DNA of 29,737 nt, from positions 1 to 29,737 of the IMG/VR virus record IMGVR_UViG_3300025777_000007, one strand, 5' to 3'. The DNA comes from a virus (lineage: Duplodnaviria > Caudoviricetes). The translations under genes were made by a program, and so were the position numbers. Shown here in pieces: positions 1 to 8,845 of this stretch; within the stretch, counting starts at the first letter, position 1; every line of letters begins with the position of its first letter. The notes under the pieces were generated by a model. The model had not been told where the DNA came from. It worked only from the letters and a program-made list of their open reading frames with translations, and did not search any database.

Positions 1-270
1 TTTATAAGCTCCGGAGGTTTCACCTTTATTTTGTCTTCTTTGCCCATGAATAACTTTTGTGTCTGCAAACTCTTGCGAATCCCTATAACACCCACAACTA
101 CTAATACGACCAGAGCGAAGATCCCCCACAAAAGCCCTGTATTCAGTGTTTCCACAAGTGCATTCACACCGCCAAAGATTTCCTCGTCGACCTCTGGCTA
201 CAAGTTCTTTTACAGTTAATCTACCTATGACAAGATTTGACAAGTCATACGCGGTTGGGTATAGTTTCAT
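1..270 (-). CDS. Partial (runs off window) phage HNH/AP2-associated Cys-rich protein, possible homing endonuclease
   Basis: Not in the ORF track; translated by hand: MKLYPTAYDLSNLVIGRLTVKELVARGRRGNLWRCECTCGNT...DLRSGRISSCGC...IHG. The GRLTV..WxCxCxCG..LxSG..SCGC..HG pattern is typical of this family. ATGA overlap with the polymerase stop. Confidence 0.75.
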   Translation of the reverse strand, partial: MKLYPTAYDLSNLVIGRLTVKELVARGRRGNLWRCECTCGNTEYRAFVGDLRSGRISSCGCYRDSQEFADTKVIHGQRRQNKGETSGAYK

Positions 271-2687
271 GAGCAATCTCCCCAGCTTTTTAAGGAAGTT
301 TTAACCCCGGTTGGTATAATCAAAGGATCATCATAAGGTACGACAATCTGAGAACAGCGCTCTAAATCTGCTAAGCATTTGTCACGAAGATGAATAGGAA
401 ACTCTCCGACAAGAGAGTCATGTACCTGCATTAAAATCCAAATTTGTGGGCACTCTTCATAAAGACGCATCCAGATTTTGTTTATGTAAATAGCAACAGT
501 ACTTTGCGGAACCCATGCAATAGCTTCCCGGAAGGTGTCCTCATTAACACGGTCAAAGTAATATCTACGATAACCAAACTTATTCTCAACATAACGCCGC
601 GATGCCACTTGTTTCTTGAATTCATCTTGCCATGATTTGATTTTAGGATACTTACCAAAATACCATGATTGCAATTTTGTAGCCGAATGCACGGTCATTC
701 CCTGACGTTGGGCTAGGCCATTAGGAGATTGGAGATAGTGGGTGCCGTGGGCAAAGGCTTTGAACTGTTTATAGCGAGGATCGGCGGAACCGTTGGGAAG
801 ATTCTTCTTGATCGTGTTGTCCTTGTGGAACTCACGAGCAGCCTCAATATATGGATCGCGGCCTTCGGCAAGCATGGACTTCATTTCGCCTTCGTCAGAT
901 TCCCAAGCAACTACTCGCAGGTCAGCTTTGGAAAGGTCCGTATCAAACATTTCGAAACCTTCATCTGGGATGAAAAGCTTACGCACATTAGGTAACACGA
1001 GATCAGAATCAGCATCCTCTCCGCCAGAAGGGACGTTTTGAAGATTGGTCCCTGAACCAAAGGCATTTTCGGAGGAATTGAAGCGATACGTTTCAGTTCC
1101 TGCGATATTGTAGCTGCAACGCATTCGTCTATCCACATCAAGTTCGGCTTCCACAAACGTTGAACGAAAAACTCCGATGGTTCTATATTCTTGGATTGCA
1201 TGGATCAATGGCCTTAAAAGAGGTTCCTTTAACATGATTTTGGCAAGCGCCGTGTCATCACAAGTGACGTGAGCGGGGGTATTCTTTTTGGCGCGACTCA
1301 TTACGGGAGGCTGATTCAAGTCCCCGTAAAAAAGCTTTGTCATCTGAACAGGCGACCGCGGGTTGAGTGGGTGCCCAAGGACCTCTTTAAAATAAAGTTC
1401 ACGCTTCCCCAATTCGGCAGCCAGTTCTTTTGAGAGCCTCTTTCTTTCTTCGAGGTCAATCCGGACACCTCGCTGCATAGCTTGTAAGACCGGATAAAAA
1501 AGTTTTTGTTGGAATTCGTGTACTGCCTCGAGGCCAAGTTGCTTGATAACTCCTTGCTCGACTTCAGCGATCTCATGCGTTCGAACACAGTCAACGCAGT
1601 TATATCCCCAGAGTTGATCTTCACCAACATTTTTTGCCCACGTTTTACCATCATCTTTCCAGTAGACGTAGTCTTCACAATACATTGATGCCTGATAGTC
1701 CAAGGCCTTGGGTTGGCCAGCGAAGGCAACGTGATGAGAAAGCATTGTGTCTTGGACTCCGTTGGGAACGAAGTGCCAATGGCGATAAATATATTGAGCA
1801 TCGTAGAGTCCGTTTTGCCAATCGACGAGGGCATTCTTTTTAGTCAACAGATGGTAAAGAGCGTTAATGATTACAGCTTCTTCGTCAACTGACCAATACC
1901 CATACTCATCTCTTACATCCATGAAGGGAATGGAGATAGCATCTAGATTAGACCAAGCCAGTCCGCAACATGCGATGTGTCCTGCTCTTGTTTCGAGATC
2001 AAGAGAGATGCGAGTAGGCTCTCGCTCGACCAGCTCGGAAAGAAAGTTGATGATTTCGAGCACCTTCTGGAAAGAAGGCCGGATAATGAAGTTCCATTTG
2101 GGGTGGTTATGGTCTTTCGATAGAGCATGTTTTTTCGCCCGACGAAGGTCAGTAAGGGTGATGGAGCGCATTTCCCATTGAGACAGGATTGCCGACGGGT
2201 TGAGGATTGGGATAACTTTCGCCCAACCACCTTCAGGCGCAACTTCCAAGAGACTCTCGGCGTTTTGCTGGAGTTGCGAACCACGCCATTTAAGCGCGCC
2301 CCATGCGCCGGTGAGTGCCCACAAGGAAGCGTTGCCAGTCGTGATAATGATATTTGGATTAACTGCTTTGATCTCGCGTTGCAGCCTTTCGTAACCTTCG
2401 CGGACAATTGGCGATACCTGACGATCTCGGAGCCAGCCCATATCAGGGGTGACGTTTTTTTTCTTGAGGGGTATCCATCTTGAAATGTCATTGTTGTATG
2501 GCCTTGCGTTGACTAAGTTAGTTACAAAAATGTTTGACCTTAAAAGACCAGCTTCGTGAAGCATCTTGTTGAGTTCGGCTCCCGCCGTCCCCATGAAAGG
2601 TTCTCCACGTTGCTCATCTTCCACACCAAAACACTCGCCCACGATCATTACTTGAGCAGGGCATGGGCCTACGCCTGTTCTTTGCAT
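267..2687 (-). CDS. polA: Family A DNA polymerase with N-terminal uracil-DNA-glycosylase(family 4)-like domain and 3'-5' exonuclease
   Basis: UDG-like IVGECFGVEDEQRGEPFMGTAG; exonuclease motifs DLET, QNGLYD, YNCVD; polymerase NLQNVP, motif A DLSKADLR, motif B KAFAHGTHY, motif C QVHDS. Confidence 0.93.
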   Translation of the reverse strand: MQRTGVGPCPAQVMIVGECFGVEDEQRGEPFMGTAGAELNKMLHEAGLLRSNIFVTNLVNARPYNNDISRWIPLKKKNVTPDMGWLRDRQVSPIVREGYERLQREIKAVNPNIIITTGNASLWALTGAWGALKWRGSQLQQNAESLLEVAPEGGWAKVIPILNPSAILSQWEMRSITLTDLRRAKKHALSKDHNHPKWNFIIRPSFQKVLEIINFLSELVEREPTRISLDLETRAGHIACCGLAWSNLDAISIPFMDVRDEYGYWSVDEEAVIINALYHLLTKKNALVDWQNGLYDAQYIYRHWHFVPNGVQDTMLSHHVAFAGQPKALDYQASMYCEDYVYWKDDGKTWAKNVGEDQLWGYNCVDCVRTHEIAEVEQGVIKQLGLEAVHEFQQKLFYPVLQAMQRGVRIDLEERKRLSKELAAELGKRELYFKEVLGHPLNPRSPVQMTKLFYGDLNQPPVMSRAKKNTPAHVTCDDTALAKIMLKEPLLRPLIHAIQEYRTIGVFRSTFVEAELDVDRRMRCSYNIAGTETYRFNSSENAFGSGTNLQNVPSGGEDADSDLVLPNVRKLFIPDEGFEMFDTDLSKADLRVVAWESDEGEMKSMLAEGRDPYIEAAREFHKDNTIKKNLPNGSADPRYKQFKAFAHGTHYLQSPNGLAQRQGMTVHSATKLQSWYFGKYPKIKSWQDEFKKQVASRRYVENKFGYRRYYFDRVNEDTFREAIAWVPQSTVAIYINKIWMRLYEECPQIWILMQVHDSLVGEFPIHLRDKCLADLERCSQIVVPYDDPLIIPTGVKTSLKSWGDCS

Positions 2688-2690
2688 AAA

Positions 2691-4004
2691 TTATTCTCCC
2701 AGATCTTGAAGACGTTTAATAGCTATTCCGTGGTGGGCGGGGTCAAGCTCGACTGAGGTGCAATAAAGACTGAGGGAATTTCCCGCAGGAATAATTGGGC
2801 CAGTTCCTCCAAAGGGGTCAAGCACTTTATCTCCAGCATTAGCACTCCTCCCGAGTAGATCGGCGTACAGGTCCACTGGCTTCTGAGCCCCGTGTCCCAG
2901 ATTGGTTTCGGTTGGGTAGACAAGAACGTCTCCTTTAAGTGAGTTTACTTTTCGTTTACCTTTGGTGGCGTAAGCGATACATTCATACTTTCGTTGGGGT
3001 CCTTGATCAGGCCAAGGAGCTCGCTGTCCATTAGGCTTGCACCATATAAGGGGTGTTCGAAACGGACTCCATCCAGCTTCGGCAAGTTGGTCCTTGATTT
3101 CGGCAAAGTTGTCAATGTCGCAGAAGATGTAGATGTGAGCCTCATCTTTAGTAATTCGGTATCCATCAACAGCAAGCGCACGGAGGCATTTAAGGAATGT
3201 TGCATAATCGTCTACGTATGTATGAGCATTGACTATAGCAGCGCCACCGCTATCACCAAATCCGTCAGCGCCCATACCGTAAGGAGGATCGGTAAGTATA
3301 ACATCATAAACTCCCACTGGTTGATTAGCCATCCAATCAATAGCGTCAGCGTTAATAACGCTGTGACGATTAGATTGAAGCGATTTGCCGACCGTTTTAG
3401 CCAATTCAACATTTTTTTCCTTTCGTTCGATTGTCTTTAAGATTTTAAGGGCTTCCTTTGCGCTCTTGGCCCCAGCTACCGCTGGTTTGTCAAGATGCTT
3501 AGCAATAAGGAGCTCGGCGCGCACTGTTGTTTGGTGGTTGACCGTGTCTGAGCCTTTTGTTTCTTTGGCGATTGAGGCAAGGGTTGGAGCAGGCGCGCCT
3601 CTTTGTACATGCTGTTTACCTCGGAGCGCATCAAGCCTTGCAGTTGCTCGAGCGAGTTCTTGCCAAGTGAGGTCGGCTCGTTTAATGTTTTCATCAAGTT
3701 CTGCCTCTTCTGCATCTAGTTCATTAAGGTCACCCAGGAAGGTGAATGGAATGGTTCCGAGCGCACAATTTTGGCCTTCAAAAGTGATGGTGTCACCCAG
3801 GTCAATAATATCTCGCATGGCCCTAATGCGGCATTCTCCAGCCACAAGGACGTAAGAATCTCCGACAATTCGAAGGATCGGGGGATGAAGTACTCCGAGT
3901 CGTCGGATGGAGTCAACGAGGTCTTGATGTTTTTCAATGTCAAACTCCTGGCGTTGACGGTTAGGGGCGATGGAGATGGAGTCGATTGAGATGAAACGCT
4001 TCAT
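2691..4004 (-). CDS. ParB/Srx-like N-terminal domain fused to beta-class amino (N6-A/N4-C) DNA methyltransferase
   Basis: N-terminal PNRQR..LVDSIRRLGVLHPP..LVAGECRIRA (ParB-N); C-terminal TDPPY, HGAQKP, VLDPFGGTG (motif IV before motif I). Confidence 0.9.
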   Translation of the reverse strand: MKRFISIDSISIAPNRQRQEFDIEKHQDLVDSIRRLGVLHPPILRIVGDSYVLVAGECRIRAMRDIIDLGDTITFEGQNCALGTIPFTFLGDLNELDAEEAELDENIKRADLTWQELARATARLDALRGKQHVQRGAPAPTLASIAKETKGSDTVNHQTTVRAELLIAKHLDKPAVAGAKSAKEALKILKTIERKEKNVELAKTVGKSLQSNRHSVINADAIDWMANQPVGVYDVILTDPPYGMGADGFGDSGGAAIVNAHTYVDDYATFLKCLRALAVDGYRITKDEAHIYIFCDIDNFAEIKDQLAEAGWSPFRTPLIWCKPNGQRAPWPDQGPQRKYECIAYATKGKRKVNSLKGDVLVYPTETNLGHGAQKPVDLYADLLGRSANAGDKVLDPFGGTGPIIPAGNSLSLYCTSVELDPAHHGIAIKRLQDLGE

Positions 4005-4204
4005 AGGTTTTTTAGCATCCAGTTGGTCATTTCAAAGACCGTTGAAAAAACGTAAATATCTTTTGGGTCATACCCATAGCCAAGACTTTCTTTATAAGGT
4101 CGGATAACAAGCTCCCAACCATTTGCTACTCGGGTAATTTTAAGGTCGGTTACGGATTGGCTTGTTTTGTTAGGGCCGAGAGTGTCTGTGCAAGGTCCTG
4201 CCAT
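4001..4204 (-). CDS. Hypothetical protein (MAGPCTDT...)
   Basis: ATG just after the upstream exonuclease stop; ATGA overlap with the ParB-MTase start. Confidence 0.6.
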   Translation of the reverse strand: MAGPCTDTLGPNKTSQSVTDLKITRVANGWELVIRPYKESLGYGYDPKDIYVFSTVFEMTNWMLKNL

Positions 4205-4205
4205 T

Positions 4206-4871
4206 TTATTTACTCGAAAAGGCCATAAGGATGTAAGGATCGGTTTCCGCTTGACGACGATACCAGTCTTTGTAGGCTTTGGGGACAGAAGAGATAGGAT
4301 CTCCTTTGTGTTTACCAAAAGGCATGATGGTGGGGATGCGCGCTTTTTCACTCAACACATAAAGATCTTCAATGGTGGAGATCTTAGCTTTCTTGATCAT
4401 TTCAAACAGCAGCATGTAGCAGTTGAGAATGTCGGCTTCAGCGGAGTGAGCGTCACGAAGAAGATTCTTGATTCCGGCATTAGCGCCAAAGACATAATAT
4501 AACAGGGCGCTTTGTGAGTGAGAATCGCACTCAGGATAAAGCCAGCGAGCTAATGCCATTGTGTCGATACGCTTTACTGGCGGACCGCCAAGCATCTTCC
4601 AATCGAAGTCAATGTTGTGGCCGATCAGGAACTCACAAGGGGGCATCTGAGCTTCAGAAGATGGTGGGCAGCCCAGAAGATCTTCAGGAAGGATGTGGTG
4701 AGTTGCCAAGGCGCCGTATTGCATCTTACCTTGATTTTGATAACGCTGAAGCGTCGGAATGCCGCAGGTCCAACGATAAGGGTCATTCGTATTTAATTCC
4801 ATCCAAGCCATTTCAACAACTTCAGAGTCTTTGACTCCTGTTGTCTCAGTATCCAGAATAATTGCTCTCAT
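4206..4871 (-). CDS. DEDDh 3'-5' exonuclease (ExoX-like) with C-terminal MPFGKHKG domain
   Basis: ILDTETTG, GHNIDFD, IDTM, HSAEADI, C-terminal MPFGKHKG..VPKAY..W; SD AAGGA before MRAII. Confidence 0.88.
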   Translation of the reverse strand: MRAIILDTETTGVKDSEVVEMAWMELNTNDPYRWTCGIPTLQRYQNQGKMQYGALATHHILPEDLLGCPPSSEAQMPPCEFLIGHNIDFDWKMLGGPPVKRIDTMALARWLYPECDSHSQSALLYYVFGANAGIKNLLRDAHSAEADILNCYMLLFEMIKKAKISTIEDLYVLSEKARIPTIMPFGKHKGDPISSVPKAYKDWYRRQAETDPYILMAFSSK

Positions 4872-4889
4872 ATTGATTCCTTGAAGTAG

Positions 4890-4920
4890 AAAAAACCCCA
4901 AGGGCTTGTGACCCCTGGGG
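4890..4920 (-). terminator. Rho-independent terminator
   Basis: Minus strand CCCCAGGGG-tcacaag-CCCTTGGGG-TTTTTT just after the SSB-like gene. Confidence 0.75.
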
Positions 4921-4935
4921 CGTTCGATTAGTCGA

Positions 4936-5397
4936 TTAAGACTTGGTCACACCGGAAATGCGTTCAACAGGCTCGTCCAGGTACAGTTCGTGGGTGATCT
5001 TCACCTTCACGACCTTACCAGTCATCTGACGAGCAGAGAACGAATCACCGGGCTTGTTCAGGTCGCAAGCTTCGCGGTAGCGGCGCAGACCACCGTTACG
5101 ACCTGGGGCGTTGTCCAGGGCACCGTTGGGGGTAATGTCCAGCATCAGGGAATCCTTCATTTGAAGGGTGCCTTGAGTCAGACCCAACTGCGACTGGATT
5201 TCGGCGGGGATCTCAACGGTCAGAGGAATGTCCCAGGCAATACCAGACTTGGAAGGGTCTTTCTTGCCGGTCCATGCACGGGCCGTGACTTCGCCGATAA
5301 CGCCAAGGTAATCACCGACAGGAAGAGGAGGGCGCTTTACGGTAGGTTCGGAAATGGAAGCGTCGAGGAACATTGAAGGATCGAAGGATGAGGTCAT
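4936..5397 (-). CDS. Probable phage ssDNA-binding protein (DUF669-like OB fold)
   Basis: PLPVGDYLGVI...GKVVKVKITHE pattern; located next to a Sak4-like ATPase. Confidence 0.6.
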   Translation of the reverse strand: MTSSFDPSMFLDASISEPTVKRPPLPVGDYLGVIGEVTARAWTGKKDPSKSGIAWDIPLTVEIPAEIQSQLGLTQGTLQMKDSLMLDITPNGALDNAPGRNGGLRRYREACDLNKPGDSFSARQMTGKVVKVKITHELYLDEPVERISGVTKS

Positions 5398-5636
5398 TTG
5401 AGACTTTCTTGAGTTGCGGGAATGGCAGAACTATCAGATGTATTCAAAGCGTCTGCCGGCACTTGGAATGGAAAGGATGCTTCGAGTTTGTAGATCTCGA
5501 TGGAAAGGATGTCAAGATGGGAGAAGCGTTTTTGCGCTTCATCAGCCAACTCGAGTGCATCATTAAGTGTCAAGAGGTTGAAGCCGATTTGGCGTTCAAC
5601 ATGAGACTTGTCATGCAGGAACACTTTGTATCTCAT
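5394..5636 (-). CDS. Hypothetical protein (MRYKVFLH...)
   Basis: ATGA coupling at both ends. Confidence 0.6.
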   Translation of the reverse strand: MRYKVFLHDKSHVERQIGFNLLTLNDALELADEAQKRFSHLDILSIEIYKLEASFPFQVPADALNTSDSSAIPATQESLK

Positions 5637-6490
5637 GCTGCTGCTCTCTTGGCCCACTTGTTCATGATGAGGGAGAAGTCGGGGGCTAGCTTCGACTGGA
5701 TCGGAAGGTTGCGGGTCTTGGTGTCCACATTCGCAGCCGCAGTATCCCAGTACCAATTCGTCCCCTCCCTCACTGTGTAGATTACATCCGAAAAAAGCTT
5801 TGGGATATCGCCGGATAAAGCTTTGCCAATCGAGCTTGTCATCAGCTTGACTCCCCCTGTAATTTCGTCTGTCTCCCGATTCACGTGAGCTGTCATTATA
5901 AAGGTACATGCTAGTCCTTGAGTACACAAACGCATAAAGTTCATGAGGTTATTTTGGGCAACTCCATAGTCGGGTTGAGAAGCTGTGGGCTTCGCTCCAA
6001 TCACCATCTTCATGCAGGCGTTGGACAACTCACTCAAAGAGTCGATAACAAATACGCGGTTAACACCCCAAGAGTCAATAGCACCAAATTTCTTTCCAGT
6101 TCGGTCATCTGGGAAGTCGTTGCAGGCGGAAAGTATTTTGTAAAAAGCGTTATTAGCGCCGCCTCGGCTTGAGTCAACCATCTTAGAAATAAGTTCATAA
6201 GAAAGTTTCCCTACGTCGTCCGCGCTCTTCATCAAGGCTGCGAGACTGATGGGCTTCGTCAGAGTCGAGTGATAATGAAGGTTCTCGGGGATCGGCTTGT
6301 CCTTGTCGCTCCAATATCCGAGCAAGGTCTCCAAGCCGTTTTCCGTGAACAATACGAAGACTTCGACGACGGGCTTTTGTGCTGCTGCCCATTCGACCAG
6401 CTTCCCCAGGGCGTATGTTTTGCCCGTTCCCGACGGACCTTCGATCAAGACCTTCGGGCCGCTGAGGGTTTTGACTGCGTCTGCGCTCAT
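5633..6490 (-). CDS. Sak4-like RecA-fold ATPase (AAA_24), single-strand annealing protein
   Basis: Walker A GPSGTGKT, Walker B FVIDSLS, DYG, TAHV; context with SSB and exonuclease. Confidence 0.8.
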   Translation of the reverse strand: MSADAVKTLSGPKVLIEGPSGTGKTYALGKLVEWAAAQKPVVEVFVLFTENGLETLLGYWSDKDKPIPENLHYHSTLTKPISLAALMKSADDVGKLSYELISKMVDSSRGGANNAFYKILSACNDFPDDRTGKKFGAIDSWGVNRVFVIDSLSELSNACMKMVIGAKPTASQPDYGVAQNNLMNFMRLCTQGLACTFIMTAHVNRETDEITGGVKLMTSSIGKALSGDIPKLFSDVIYTVREGTNWYWDTAAANVDTKTRNLPIQSKLAPDFSLIMNKWAKRAAA

Positions 6491-6828
6491 TTTGTTTCTC
6501 TTTCATAATACTTCAAATGTAAATTAAACTCTCTTCGAATGACCTCAATAGGAAGGTCATCCACCAAATACGATAGCCAAGGGCGGTAGAGGCTGCCCGG
6601 ACGCTCGCCTGAAATTCGGAGTGAGTCGACTTCATGCTTGCGGCAATCACCGTACTCTACCCGAAAATCGCTTTTATTAACTACGATACGCGCCCAGGTA
6701 TCTCCGCACTTTGTACAGAAGAAGGCAAGGCTTGTGGGATAGTAACTGATACCACTTGCATCTTTATGGATGGCACGATTAGCCTCACCCATATACTTAC
6801 CTTCAATGTAAAAAGTTTGCGTAGGCAT
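6487..6828 (-). CDS. Hypothetical protein with CxxC (putative zinc-binding)
   Basis: FCTKCGDTW...CRKH; coupled to both neighbours. Confidence 0.65.
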   Translation of the reverse strand: MPTQTFYIEGKYMGEANRAIHKDASGISYYPTSLAFFCTKCGDTWARIVVNKSDFRVEYGDCRKHEVDSLRISGERPGSLYRPWLSYLVDDLPIEVIRREFNLHLKYYERETK

Positions 6829-7811
6829 TACAGCACCATGGAAAGGGAATCTGCGGCATTCATAATCTGTTGGGGCTTGGCAAGGGAATTGGCAAGTTGC
6901 TCATCAGATTTTGAAGGGTCCAGCGGATTCCAGATGCGCTTTACAAACCCACCCTCGAGCCAAGGTGTTGGGTCTTGGCTCATACAGGCTTGCTTGAAGA
7001 TGCAGCCGCCATACTCATTGCAGCCGTCGGCGAGATTATAGTCGAATGCGCCATCTTCCCACATCTTGATTGCACGGTTGAGGTCACGAATGAGTTGCTC
7101 ATACCAGCGCTCAATCATCCACTTGGGGCGATAGGTGATGGCTTCCATCGTGTCGTATTTGGTCTTTAGTATGGATACTCCTCGTACAAGGAAACCGTTA
7201 AGAGGCAAACCAGCCTGCGCTGCTCCCCAACAGTAACCTGTAAATTGAGATCGAAGATCCCATTGCCTTGACCAAGAAGCTCCGAGAGAGGAAGTTGTTT
7301 TATCATCTTCTCCAAAAGTTGCTCCTGCGTAATCGACAATGGTATCCATGCGTCCGCAGTAGATAAGCGGGTCGCCCGTAACTGGATGCTTAACGTCGAG
7401 GGGCTCTGCGAAGTTAAACTCAATGCCTCTTCTCCCTCCAGGTAAGCGAATAGGTTGAGCTGGGTCTGTTTCGAGGGGGTATCGATCAAAGTAGAACTCC
7501 AAAGCACCGCACATCCGGTTGAGGGATTTGGCGGAATCAGCAGGGCATTCATAATCGCCATAGGACTCGAACAGAGCCTTTAGGCCAACAGCACGAGCAG
7601 TGTCGGCATCGAGGCCTTGCTCATAGAAGGCTACACGAGCCATTTCGAGGCCTTTGGCATAGGACTTGCCAGCATGGAGGTGGACATTGGTTGAAGCTGG
7701 ATGCCAGTGCTCGAGGTATTCAAGTTGAAACTTGCGTGGGCAGGAGACAAGGGCACTTCGCATCGTGTTGTCAATGACGCTTGGAAAAAGCGGGCGTTCA
7801 GTGTGTTTCAT
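6828..7811 (-). CDS. PD-(D/E)XK nuclease, Cas4/RecB-like with 4-Cys cluster
   Basis: SCPRK, GRMD..EDDKT, QFTGY, C-terminal CNEYGGCIFKQAC. Confidence 0.85.
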   Translation of the reverse strand: MKHTERPLFPSVIDNTMRSALVSCPRKFQLEYLEHWHPASTNVHLHAGKSYAKGLEMARVAFYEQGLDADTARAVGLKALFESYGDYECPADSAKSLNRMCGALEFYFDRYPLETDPAQPIRLPGGRRGIEFNFAEPLDVKHPVTGDPLIYCGRMDTIVDYAGATFGEDDKTTSSLGASWSRQWDLRSQFTGYCWGAAQAGLPLNGFLVRGVSILKTKYDTMEAITYRPKWMIERWYEQLIRDLNRAIKMWEDGAFDYNLADGCNEYGGCIFKQACMSQDPTPWLEGGFVKRIWNPLDPSKSDEQLANSLAKPQQIMNAADSLSMVL

Positions 7812-8076
7812 CTTCGTGTTTGTTGAGATAGTTGTAAGCGTGGTCGTTGAGTGTAGTGTGGAGCTTGGCGACTACAAAGACGTTGCGACGTTCGAAGTAG
7901 TTAAGATGTTCATCATCCATGATTTCGATGACTTTTGCCTGAAAGTACAAATCTTTTTCTTCAAGATGCCCAACGGCATTGAAGATCCAGACATAACCTT
8001 CTTCGAAAAGATCACCATGGATGGTGGAGTTGCCAATCTTAAGCTCACACCCTGTAATCATGCACTTGGGCATCAA
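7798..8076 (-). CDS. Hypothetical protein
   Basis: Tightly packed ORF within the operon. Confidence 0.6.
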   Translation of the reverse strand: MMPKCMITGCELKIGNSTIHGDLFEEGYVWIFNAVGHLEEKDLYFQAKVIEIMDDEHLNYFERRNVFVVAKLHTTLNDHAYNYLNKHEDETH

Positions 8077-8285
8077 AGGTCTCCTAGTTCAGCCAGAAGG
8101 TCGTCAGCAGTAGGAATAGCCGTTCCTGCTTTGGCCTTGCGAGCTTTGTCGGAAGCTATGGCTGCGCCACGACGATCCCCGCGCATGATCTGAATTGCTT
8201 CACGCATCTCGTCTATCGTCAGAGTGCCATCAACGGCTTTTTGTCGCCAAATGGCGATCTTTGTCATGGTGTCAAGGGTTGCCAT
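8073..8285 (-). CDS. Small helical hypothetical protein with C-terminal ADDLLAELGDL
   Basis: Strong SD GAAAGGAG; ATG immediately after the upstream TAA. Confidence 0.7.
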   Translation of the reverse strand: MATLDTMTKIAIWRQKAVDGTLTIDEMREAIQIMRGDRRGAAIASDKARKAKAGTAIPTADDLLAELGDL

Positions 8286-8555
8286 TTACTCTCCTTTCAA
8301 TCGTTGAATAACAGCTTCGACCATGACCTTAGGTCCGGTAACGAAGTAGCCAATGGGAAAGCCGTAAGGCTCTAGGGGGACTCTTTTGGATTCAAAGAAC
8401 TCACGGATAAGTTTCTCGATGAATTCCTTGTGAGCGCCTTTGGGAATACGCTCTTCGACTTCGCTATAAAGCCATAAGTCAAGATTGTCCTTGACGTTTG
8501 GCTGAAGAGTGATGTGCAAGTGAGCGTTTGGCGTCACTGCTTTTGGCTTAGACAT
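8286..8555 (-). CDS. Putative ribbon-helix-helix-like transcriptional regulator
   Basis: Alternating strand HLHITL followed by two amphipathic helices; first gene after an operator-containing promoter; SD GAGG. Confidence 0.45.
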   Translation of the reverse strand: MSKPKAVTPNAHLHITLQPNVKDNLDLWLYSEVEERIPKGAHKEFIEKLIREFFESKRVPLEPYGFPIGYFVTGPKVMVEAVIQRLKGE

Positions 8556-8599
8556 ACATGCTTATTTCCTCTCGTTGGGTGTACGTCGGAGTATGTGCG

Positions 8600-8635
8600 A
8601 CGTGTTCACATCATCATTATATAACGTGTTCACGT
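8600..8635. promoter_or_regulatory. Paired palindromic operators (24-bp period)
   Basis: ACGTGTTCACAT 8600-8611 and ACGTGTTCACGT 8624-8635. Confidence 0.8.
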
Positions 8636-8643
8636 TATGTCAA
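8616..8643 (-). promoter_or_regulatory. sigma70-like promoter for the replication/recombination operon
   Basis: TTGACA-16 bp-TATAAT; the spacer is the operator palindrome. Confidence 0.8.
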
Positions 8644-8680
8644 CAAAGGAATGTCACATCTTTATCGTATTTTGTCATCC

Positions 8681-8720
8681 AAAAGAAAACCCCCAGGACG
8701 CACATTGATGTACCTGGGGG
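8681..8720 (-). terminator. Rho-independent terminator
   Basis: Minus strand CCCCCAGG..CCTGGGGG followed by TTTTCTTTT. Confidence 0.75.
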
Positions 8721-8845
8721 TCTTGTCCGCAGCCATTGAAAGGAGGAAAGATGGCTACTTGCAACCTGCTGTCACAGCATTGCTGGGAAGCTTGCGCTTC
8801 TCAATGGGCACTCAGACTCTAGCTCCGAATGCCCATCAAGAAACG
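8681..8845 (-). ncRNA. Candidate 3'-UTR-derived small RNA with anti-SD loop
   Basis: 22-bp stem (5 G-U pairs, formed only on the minus strand), 8-bp stem with loop CUUUCCUCCUUUCA, then a terminator. Confidence 0.5.

Noticed and set aside
226-249. TGACAAG direct repeat / TATGAC inverted repeat
   Set aside because: Short, inside the 1-270 CDS, and not noticed elsewhere.
267-2687. DpoZ / 2-aminoadenine genome system
   Set aside because: No purZ, datZ or mazZ-like gene in the window.
6828-7811. CRISPR-associated cas4
   Set aside because: No cas1, cas2 or array; the Sak4/SSB context indicates a recombination exonuclease.
8741-8822. Plus-strand AGGAGG + ATG giving a 23-aa ORF
   Set aside because: G-U pairs and terminator polarity favour the minus-strand RNA, and no plus-strand promoter was seen. 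Not fully excluded.
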